A stretch of 64,000 nt of DNA from a virus. The notes beneath the pieces are model-generated. The model was not told the origin of the DNA, searched no databases, and saw only the letters and a program-made list of their open reading frames with translations. Position numbers and translations under genes: made by a program. Positions 44,343 to 50,512 of this stretch are shown here, piece after piece. The stretch is taken from IMG/VR virus record IMGVR_UViG_3300025466_000015; one strand, given 5' to 3'. Within the stretch, counting starts at the first letter, position 1, and each line of letters begins with the position of its first letter.

Positions 44343-44654
44343 ATGAAATACCTAATCAAAGGCATCACCTCGGAAGGTAAAACTTTTAGGCCAAGTGATT
44401 GGTCGGAAAGACTTTGTTCCGTGTTGTCCTATTGTACACCAGTTAAGAAGACCGTCTCCAATGCGCCAGGATACTCTCCATATGTCAAACCAGTCATGGT
44501 TGATGACATTAGATGTGTATTGGTAGACTCTAAACTGGTGGATGTAGAACCAAGAGCCTTGGATTTTGTATTGAATTTTGCCGAGGATAATGACTTAATT
44601 GTAATTGAGGATTACCAAAAAGTGGTAAACATCCGAGAATTCATGGTTGCCTAA
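44343..44654 (+). CDS. DUF3579-like protein
   Basis: IKGITSEGKTFRPSDWSERL, YSPYVKP, FVLNFAEDNDL. Confidence 0.75.
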   Translation: MKYLIKGITSEGKTFRPSDWSERLCSVLSYCTPVKKTVSNAPGYSPYVKPVMVDDIRCVLVDSKLVDVEPRALDFVLNFAEDNDLIVIEDYQKVVNIREFMVA

Positions 44655-44678
44655 AAACAACTTGTGGTGATTATCCTA

Positions 44679-44706
44679 AGGGGCCTCTTGACAGGCCCCT
44701 TTTTTT
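44679..44706 (+). terminator. Rho-independent terminator overlapping a sigma70 promoter
   Basis: AGGGGCCT-CTTGAC-AGGCCCCT-TTTTTT; TTGACA at 44688 and TATAAT at 44711, 17 bp apart. Confidence 0.8.
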
Positions 44707-44727
44707 GTCTTATAATAGACTTTTATT

Positions 44728-44949
44728 ATGGAGGAAACTGTGGTGATTCTAGACAAACATTTTGAAAAATTGAACAAACGAGCTTTTGATCCAGCAAACA
44801 AAGCGGATTTGGCGATCTTTAAAGAGTTCCTGGAGACTGGTCGTTGGGGTGCTAACGGATGTCCTTTCCTTTTAACTTGGCCTTACCTGACAATTCCTGA
44901 TATGATTAAGGACAAGGTTACCAAACATGTACTCAAAGTTGAGGCTTGA
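44728..44949 (+). CDS. Hypothetical protein
   Basis: ORF after promoter; W..GCPFLLTWPYLTIPDMIKDK. Confidence 0.6.
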   Translation: MEETVVILDKHFEKLNKRAFDPANKADLAIFKEFLETGRWGANGCPFLLTWPYLTIPDMIKDKVTKHVLKVEA

Positions 44950-45386
44950 TGAAACCCAAGTTTATTCGTTATTACATGGACATTGCCAAGCGTACAGCTG
45001 AATTAAGTTCAGCTAAACGCCTACAGGTTGGTGCTATCATTGTTAAGAATGACCGTATTGTGTCGATTGGATACAATGGTACTCCATCCGGTTGGACCAA
45101 TGTTTGTGAAGATGAAAACTATAAAACCAAAATTGAAGTTATTCACGCTGAGGCCAATGCAATTGCTAAGTTGGCAAGGTCTACGGAGTCTGGAGAAGGC
45201 GCTGTCATGTTTTTGACACACGCACCTTGTATGGATTGTGCTAAGCAGATATACACAGCTGGCATCCGTAAAGTGTTTTTTGACAGTCATTATCGTTCTA
45301 CGGATGGAGTTGTGTTTCTCAACAACTGCAACCTGGAGGTAGAACAAGTAAATGAAACATTGGAAACAAATAGTCACTTACAGTAA
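44946..45386 (+). CDS. dCMP deaminase
   Basis: GYNG, HAEANAI, PCMDC. Confidence 0.92.
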   Translation: MMKPKFIRYYMDIAKRTAELSSAKRLQVGAIIVKNDRIVSIGYNGTPSGWTNVCEDENYKTKIEVIHAEANAIAKLARSTESGEGAVMFLTHAPCMDCAKQIYTAGIRKVFFDSHYRSTDGVVFLNNCNLEVEQVNETLETNSHLQ

Positions 45387-45490
45387 GTATATGATTTGTC
45401 TAGTGATTTTTGTATGGAAGATGTGGAAAGAATACTTAAACAATAAATAGCAAGGAGTCATCATCGGGTCAACTAATTAAAGGAGATTAA

Positions 45491-46003
45491 ATGAGATTAA
45501 AAGTAGTTAATTGTCCCGATAAAGATTTCAAACCTATTGTAGAAAGAGCAGCTTCTTTCTTTGCCAAAGAATTAATACCCAATACTAGAGTCCGTAACCA
45601 TTGTTTTACCAAGATTAGATTCAATGCTAAGATTTTGGAATATGGTTATGCTAGTGTGGAAGACTATAACACAAGAAATCAACCAAGAGAATTTCTAATA
45701 GAGATTCATCCAGGTATTGGTGCCAGAGATATATTGTCAACCATAGCACATGAGATGGTTCACATTAAACAATATATTGATGGTGAGTTAAATGAAGAAA
45801 TGTCTTACTGGAAAGGTAAGAGAGTAGATTCGGATAAAATGGAATATTGGTATTCACCATGGGAAGTAGACGCCAATGGATATGAAGTTGGTTTGATAAC
45901 CAAGTTTGCCGTTGCTGAATGTCTTTGGGAAGTCTTAGATGGATTTAAAAATCCAGCAACTCCTATAGTTTCTATACCAATAAAATGGAAAAAGAGAAAA
46001 TAA
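45491..46003 (+). CDS. HEXXH zinc metallopeptidase-like protein
   Basis: TIAHEMVHIKQY, PWEVDA; SD AAGGAG. Confidence 0.75.
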   Translation: MRLKVVNCPDKDFKPIVERAASFFAKELIPNTRVRNHCFTKIRFNAKILEYGYASVEDYNTRNQPREFLIEIHPGIGARDILSTIAHEMVHIKQYIDGELNEEMSYWKGKRVDSDKMEYWYSPWEVDANGYEVGLITKFAVAECLWEVLDGFKNPATPIVSIPIKWKKRK

Positions 46004-46019
46004 ACGCCTATATACTAAC

Positions 46020-46118
46020 ATGAATAACATAAAACACTCCTTTAATCAGCCGATGTATCACACAGAGTCAATTTGTGCCGATACGCTGTGGCTCGTCAAA
46101 GGGGTTTGTACCTGTTAG
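46020..46118 (+). CDS. Candidate attenuator leader peptide (32 aa: MNNIKHSFNQPMYHTESICADTLWLVKGVCTC)
   Basis: Translated by hand; its 3' end carries GGGGTTTGTA, complementary to the 5' arm region of the downstream terminator. Confidence 0.6.
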   Translation: MNNIKHSFNQPMYHTESICADTLWLVKGVCTC

Positions 46119-46146
46119 AATATAAAAGTTAAAACAAAAGTACTAC

Positions 46147-46178
46147 AAACCCCAGACCTAAAAGCTCTGGGGTTTTTT
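46147..46178 (+). terminator. Rho-independent terminator (candidate attenuator) before the tRNA array
   Basis: AAACCCCAGA / TCTGGGGTTT stem with T run. Confidence 0.8.
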
Positions 46179-46230
46179 GTTGTCCGAATACAACACCAGT
46201 ATTGACAAAGGTCATCGAACCATATACAAT
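46178..46230 (+). promoter_or_regulatory. Sigma70 promoter with upstream palindrome
   Basis: TGTTGT-N6-ACAACA, 6 bp, TTGACA-17-TACAAT. Confidence 0.75.
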
Positions 46231-46265
46231 ACACACTTGTTCTTTAAAAAATTAGATTGTATTTT

Positions 46266-46341
46266 ACCCTCTTAGCCAAGCTGGTAAGGCATCGGATTTT
46301 GATTCCGACATGCGGTGGTTCGAGTCCATCAGGGGGTGCCA
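46266..46341 (+). tRNA. trnQ: tRNA-Gln(TTG)
   Basis: Cloverleaf, anticodon loop TTTTGAT, encoded CCA. Confidence 0.92.
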
Positions 46342-46408
46342 TATAAAAACACATTTGCAACCACATGGGAGTGAGATATCCAAGGGGAGTGTGTTTCTAT
46401 ATGACAAT

Positions 46409-46499
46409 GGAAGATAATGCAGCTGGGTAGGCCGGCGACCAGCCTTGAAAACTGGGTTCTGAGAAATCGGATGGGGTTCGACTCCTCTGTCTTCCGCCA
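46409..46499 (+). tRNA. trnS: tRNA-Ser(TGA)
   Basis: Loop CTTGAAA, long variable arm, GCCA end; D arm atypical. Confidence 0.85.
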
Positions 46500-46516
46500 A
46501 TTAAAAGGAGTTTATT

Positions 46517-47080
46517 ATGCCTAGTGTATTTCTTGTAAGTGACACACATTTTGGTCATCATGGAGTGTGTCGTTTCACTGGTAAAGATGGTGTTACAAAG
46601 CTTAGGCCATGGGACAATCCAGATGAGATGGATGAAGAAATGGTCAAGCGTTGGAACGAAAGAGTAAAGCCAACTGATAAAGTTTATCATCTTGGTGATG
46701 TGGTGATTAATCGTAAATCTCTTAATATTATGCGTAGGCTTAACGGAGACAAAGTTCTTATTAGAGGTAACCATGATATCTTTAGAGATAAAGAATACTA
46801 TGAACACTTCAGAGAGCTCCGTGCTTATCATGTTATGAGAGGTATGATTCTTTCACACATTCCACTTCATACCGATAGTATTCAAAGATTTGGTACCAAT
46901 ATTCACGGTCATACCCATGATAGGCGTGTAATGATTGGTAATGAAATTGATATCAGATACCATTGTGTATGTGTGGAACAAACAGACTACACTCCTATTC
47001 TTTTTGAAGATGTTGTGAAACGTATTCAAGCAGAAGGTGGTGAAGTTGATTTCAGACAGCATGGAAATAGAGCCATGTAG
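46517..47080 (+). CDS. Calcineurin-like metallophosphoesterase
   Basis: SDTHFGH, HLGD, GNHD, HGHTH. Confidence 0.9.
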   Translation: MPSVFLVSDTHFGHHGVCRFTGKDGVTKLRPWDNPDEMDEEMVKRWNERVKPTDKVYHLGDVVINRKSLNIMRRLNGDKVLIRGNHDIFRDKEYYEHFRELRAYHVMRGMILSHIPLHTDSIQRFGTNIHGHTHDRRVMIGNEIDIRYHCVCVEQTDYTPILFEDVVKRIQAEGGEVDFRQHGNRAM

Positions 47081-47171
47081 GAGATTTGGCCGAGAGGTCT
47101 AAGGCAGCAGGTTGCTAACCTGTCGTATTGAGTAATCAGTACCGTGGGTTCGATTCCCACAGTCTCCGCCA
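47080..47171 (+). tRNA. trnS: tRNA-Ser(GCT)
   Basis: Loop TTGCTAA, long variable arm, GCCA. Confidence 0.93.
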
Positions 47172-47176
47172 GTTAA

Positions 47177-47254
47177 GGTTAGGTGCCAGAGAGGTCCAAT
47201 GGAACAGTCTGCAAAACTGTAAAACCGTGGGTTCAAATCCCACCCTAACCTCCA
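47177..47254 (+). tRNA. trnC: tRNA-Cys(GCA)
   Basis: Loop CTGCAAA, U73, CCA. Confidence 0.93.
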
Positions 47255-47362
47255 TTAATAGTTGACCGGAATAAAGTAATACTAAAGTATTAGGTTGCCA
47301 TTTCAACCAGTTCTGTTACAATACATTTATCGGTTGAGAAATCAATTGATAAAAAAAGTGAA

Positions 47363-47413
47363 GTTGTAGAAATACAACAGGATGGTTGACAAATTATCCC
47401 AATCTGGTATAAT
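47363..47413 (+). promoter_or_regulatory. Sigma70 promoter with upstream palindrome
   Basis: GTTGT-AGAAAT-ACAACA, 6 bp, TTGACA-16-TATAAT with extended -10 TG. Confidence 0.7.
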
Positions 47414-47446
47414 AGAGTCTTGTTCAGTTAATTAAGGAGAAAAATT

Positions 47447-47548
47447 TTGGAATGTTTAAAATGTAGATTTTGGCACTGGCCAACAAATTACACAAAAGGT
47501 GCTCCATGTGATCCTAAATTCATTCCAGTTCCCGTAAAAACGGAATAG
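47447..47548 (+). CDS. 33-aa microprotein MECLKCRFWHWPTNYTKGAPCDPKFIPVPVKTE
   Basis: TTG start after AAGGAG, own promoter; C-x2-C-x3-H-x10-C. Confidence 0.5.
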   Translation: MECLKCRFWHWPTNYTKGAPCDPKFIPVPVKTE

Positions 47549-47560
47549 AAAACAAAAAAA

Positions 47561-47616
47561 GAGTGTTGTCATCGTACAACACTCTGGTTGACAAAGGTAA
47601 TTACCTATGTTATAAT
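47561..47616 (+). promoter_or_regulatory. Sigma70 promoter with upstream palindrome
   Basis: GAGTGTTGT-CATCGT-ACAACACTC then TTGACA-17-TATAAT. Confidence 0.8.
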
Positions 47617-47636
47617 TGTTCTTTAAATTGTAAGTT

Positions 47637-47711
47637 GCTCGGTTCGTCTATCGGTTAGGACACCGCCCTTTCACGGCAGTAAGACCAGTTCGATTCTGGT
47701 ACCGAGTACCA
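47637..47711 (+). tRNA. trnE: tRNA-Glu(TTC)
   Basis: Loop CTTTCAC, CCA. Confidence 0.92.
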
Positions 47712-47920
47712 TACTAAAATACATTAGGTTACCAACTCTAGTAGGTGACTTTTTAGGTTGAAATGCGGGCCGCTGCATACCTTTAAAGTTACATGAAGCC
47801 TTCCGATGGCGCTAGAATCAGTTGAAGTGTAATGTGGAGATTGTCTTATCGGCAGACGAAGCCGTGAGAAGCTGGATGAAGTTCCAGAACGACAATCACA
47901 TCCTAATGTATTTCAGTATG
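47712..47920 (+). ncRNA. Candidate ~210-nt structured RNA
   Basis: Long terminal stem plus internal helices, between tRNAs. Confidence 0.55.
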
Positions 47921-47924
47921 GTGT

Positions 47925-48046
47925 CATTTGTTTTGCTGACGTAAGCCATGGGGGAAACGTCAACCCTGAGTAACTGCGTATATAAACGGTACGTCTAGCT
48001 AGCAATTCCGTTGAGCGTCAGCAAATAGTGCGTCAGCAAAACAAAT
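47925..48046 (+). ncRNA. Candidate ~120-nt structured RNA
   Basis: Perfect 17-bp terminal inverted repeat CATTTGTTTTGCTGACG. Confidence 0.5.
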
Positions 48047-48121
48047 GGTCTCATAGTATAATGGTTAGTACGGTGGCTTGTCACGCCACTAATAGGAGTT
48101 CGATTCTCCTTGGGACCGCCA
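48047..48121 (+). tRNA. trnD: tRNA-Asp(GTC)
   Basis: Loop TTGTCAC, GCCA. Confidence 0.93.
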
Positions 48122-48125
48122 ATTT

Positions 48126-48225
48126 TTAAAATGTGTGTAGCAGTTGAGTCTGCCATAAAACACGGTTCGCCTGTAGCACGGTACTCAGCCCGACATAAAG
48201 AACAGTTACTGACCACACATTTTAA
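48126..48225 (+). ncRNA. Candidate ~100-nt structured RNA
   Basis: 12-bp terminal stem TTAAAATGTGTG/CACACATTTTAA, internal hairpin and possible pseudoknot. Confidence 0.5.
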
Positions 48226-48235
48226 TTTGTTTTAT

Positions 48236-48370
48236 GCTCAGAAACATCCACGCTACGGTTCGCAACCGTGGGTCCACGGTGAGTTCGCTACTCATGGCAG
48301 TTGGAGAGGTAAACACCCCCGCCACAGGGGGTCTCCGGTGAAAGAAGGTGGGATTCCTTCGTGAGCGCCA
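48236..48370 (+). ncRNA. tRNA-like RNA with expanded body
   Basis: GCTCA/TGAGC acceptor-like stem, T-arm-like GAAGG-TGGGATT-CCTTC, GCCA end, three internal hairpins. Confidence 0.55.
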
Positions 48371-48374
48371 ATTT

Positions 48375-48450
48375 GGAATCGTAGCTCAGTTGGCAGAGCA
48401 GCGGACTTTTAATCCGTAGGTCAGGAGTTCAAATCTCCTCGGTTCCACCA
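48375..48450 (+). tRNA. trnK: tRNA-Lys(TTT)
   Basis: Loop CTTTTAA, CCA. Confidence 0.95.
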
Positions 48451-48457
48451 GCTTTAT

Positions 48458-48532
48458 GGAGAGATTAGTTTAGTGGTAAAACCACGGGTTGTGATTCCGT
48501 TATCACGGGTTCGATTCCCGTATTTCTCCCCA
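48458..48532 (+). tRNA. trnH: tRNA-His(GTG)
   Basis: Loop TTGTGAT, G-1:C73. Confidence 0.92.
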
Positions 48533-48539
48533 AGATTAT

Positions 48540-48614
48540 TCCACAGTAGCACAGCGGTAGTGCAGTTGGCTGTTAACCAATTGGTCGTAGGTTCAATCCC
48601 TGCCTGTGGAGCCA
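48540..48614 (+). tRNA. trnN: tRNA-Asn(GTT)
   Basis: Loop CTGTTAA, GCCA. Confidence 0.95.
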
Positions 48615-48621
48615 AGTAAAT

Positions 48622-48706
48622 GGATGTGCCGCCGTAATGGTATGGCAGGAGACTGTAAATCTTCCGGTTTACACCACAGTTGGTTCGATCCCAACCACAT
48701 CCACCA
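48622..48706 (+). tRNA. trnY: tRNA-Tyr(GTA)
   Basis: Loop CTGTAAA, variable arm, ACCA. Confidence 0.92.
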
Positions 48707-48710
48707 TTTT

Positions 48711-48786
48711 GCCCCTATAGCTCATCTGGTAGAGCAACTGATTTGTAATCAGTAGGTGCCGTGTTCGAGTCATGGTGGGGGCACCA
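48711..48786 (+). tRNA. trnT: tRNA-Thr(TGT)
   Basis: Loop TTTGTAA, ACCA. Confidence 0.95.
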
Positions 48787-48792
48787 ATTTTT

Positions 48793-48869
48793 CGGAGTGT
48801 AGCACAGCCTGGTAGTGCGCTTGCTTTGGGAGCAAGAGGTCCAAGGTTCGAATCCTTGTACTCCGACCA
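48793..48869 (+). tRNA. trnP: tRNA-Pro(TGG)
   Basis: Loop TTTGGGA, CGG/CCG-ACCA acceptor. Confidence 0.95.
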
Positions 48870-48963
48870 TTTCATATGAAGGTGTAAATTCTCTACTTGT
48901 AGTCCAAAATTCTTTGGCCTTGTAGGGTTCTGTAAAAATGCCTTTATTCATTTCCGTATTTAT

Positions 48964-49037
48964 GGGGGATTAGTATAATGGGATTACGGCAGCTTTGCAA
49001 GTTGTTTATAGGAGTTCGATTCTCCTATCCTCCACCA
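48964..49037 (+). tRNA. trnA: tRNA-Ala(TGC)
   Basis: Loop TTTGCAA, G3:U70. Confidence 0.93.
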
Positions 49038-49042
49038 TTCAT

Positions 49043-49117
49043 AGTGACGTAGCTTAACGGTAGAGCAAATCCTTCATACGGATTAGGTTGGGGGCTCGAA
49101 TCCCTCCGTCACTACCA
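49043..49117 (+). tRNA. trnM: tRNA(CAT), probably elongator Met
   Basis: Loop TTCATAC, paired 1:72. Confidence 0.8.
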
Positions 49118-49119
49118 AT

Positions 49120-49194
49120 CGGTCCTTAGTAAAATGAATATTACACAGAGCTACGAACTCTGAAGTGGGAGTTTGATTCTCTCAGGACCGGCCA
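49120..49194 (+). tRNA. trnR: tRNA-Arg(ACG)
   Basis: Loop CTACGAA; D-loop GA and T-loop TTTGATT variants. Confidence 0.85.
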
Positions 49195-49200
49195 ATATAT

Positions 49201-49274
49201 ACTCTCATAGTTAAATGGTATAACAGACGCTTGATAAGCGTCCATTACAAGTTCAATTCTTGTTGGGAGTACCA
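49201..49274 (+). tRNA. trnI: tRNA-Ile(GAT)
   Basis: Loop TTGATAA, ACCA. Confidence 0.93.
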
Positions 49275-49276
49275 AT

Positions 49277-49351
49277 ATCTCGTTAGTGTAACGGTAACAT
49301 GCTGGTCTCCAAAACCATGCGATTGCGGTTCGAATCCGTAGCGGGATACCA
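49277..49351 (+). tRNA. trnW: tRNA-Trp(CCA)
   Basis: Loop CTCCAAA, CCA end. Confidence 0.9.
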
Positions 49352-49352
49352 A

Positions 49353-49967
49353 TTATTCTGAAACTGATTCAGCAGGATGCCATTCTGTTGGTGTCACACC
49401 TTCAAGCAAGGTGGATAAATCTAAACCATAATAATAGTCTTCTAATATTTCTTTCATATAATCAAGAACCTCTATTTTGTGTTTGAATTGTTTTAATTCA
49501 CCTTCACGGAATTTAATTTGATCCTGTATGATACTTTTAATGAAGTTTTCACCTTCTTTTTTACGGTTAACCTTATTTAAAATTTTATTGAGCTTGATTA
49601 TAAAACCATTACATGTTATAATGTTATCTTTAATTTGGCCAACGTTATCTTGCATTTCTCTTTTCATTACAAAGATTAAATCATCATGGTCTGGATTAAT
49701 TTTTGTAATGCAATGAGTTGTTAAACCTGCTAACTCTTGTAACGCTTCTGTTCTAATCGGAATATCTTCTTCTATTTTGCCTGTTGCATCATAGTCGGCT
49801 CTTCTGGATGGATCACTAAGTACTTCGTAAGCAAGTTTAATTTTTTTAAAAGTGGTCTCATCACCACCTTTATCAGGATGATGTTGTTGAGCCAAAGCTC
49901 TGTATCTTTGTTTGATTTCATCAAAGGTGCATCTTGGAGATAGTCCTAGTTCATCGTATAAGTTCAT
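49353..49967 (-). CDS. J-domain (DnaJ-like) protein
   Basis: LYDELGL, HPDKGG, AYEVLSD..RR..YD; TATAAATA on minus strand at 49992-49999. Confidence 0.88.
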   Translation of the reverse strand: MNLYDELGLSPRCTFDEIKQRYRALAQQHHPDKGGDETTFKKIKLAYEVLSDPSRRADYDATGKIEEDIPIRTEALQELAGLTTHCITKINPDHDDLIFVMKREMQDNVGQIKDNIITCNGFIIKLNKILNKVNRKKEGENFIKSIIQDQIKFREGELKQFKHKIEVLDYMKEILEDYYYGLDLSTLLEGVTPTEWHPAESVSE

Positions 49968-50010
49968 TTTATTGATTTAAAAGTTGTAAGATATTTATAA
50001 AGGTGGTTAT

Positions 50011-50493
50011 ATGAGAAAATTTGATATAGAAGAAGTTAAATCATTTCTTGCTTCACAAGGACCAGATACTAAAGTTTATCTTGGTGCTGATTCTGAAAGA
50101 GTAAGAGTCAATGGTGTTTGGTATGCAGACTACGCTTTGGCCGTTGTTGTTCATATTGATGGCCGCCATGGTTGTAAAATTTTTGGTTATGTTGAACGAG
50201 AAATTGATTACGACCACAAGAAAAGTAAACCAGCAATGAGATTAATGACCGAAGTTTATAAAGTTTCGGATTTATTTCAATCACTTGCTGAAGTATTGGA
50301 AGACTTCCATGTTGAAGTGCATCTAGACCTGAACAAATCGGATCTATTTGGTTCATCATGTGTAGTACAACAAGCAATTGGTTATATCAAAGGTACATGT
50401 AATATGACACCAATGGTTAAACCAGATGCACCTGCGGCTTCTTTTTGTGCTGATAGATTAAAAAGAATTCTAACAGAACAAGAAGCAGTTTAA
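50011..50493 (+). CDS. RNase H-like YkuK/DUF458 family protein
   Basis: VYLGADS, RLMTEVYK, EVHLDLN, VKPDAPAASFCAD. Confidence 0.75.
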   Translation: MRKFDIEEVKSFLASQGPDTKVYLGADSERVRVNGVWYADYALAVVVHIDGRHGCKIFGYVEREIDYDHKKSKPAMRLMTEVYKVSDLFQSLAEVLEDFHVEVHLDLNKSDLFGSSCVVQQAIGYIKGTCNMTPMVKPDAPAASFCADRLKRILTEQEAV

Positions 50494-50512
50494 TTTTTTT
50501 ATAAGGATTTTT

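Noticed and set aside
46409-46499. Suppressor tRNA or stop-codon reassignment
   Set aside because: Anticodon TGA reads Ser UCA; no CTA, TTA or TCA anticodon found; core genes are full length in the standard code.
46178-47616. CRISPR array from the GTTGT...ACAAC repeats
   Set aside because: Only three or four short, irregularly spaced copies, each tied to a promoter; no cas genes.
48236-48370. tmRNA or tRNA-Sec identity for the tRNA-like RNA
   Set aside because: No Ala G3:U70 acceptor, too short for a tag ORF, and no TCA anticodon arm.
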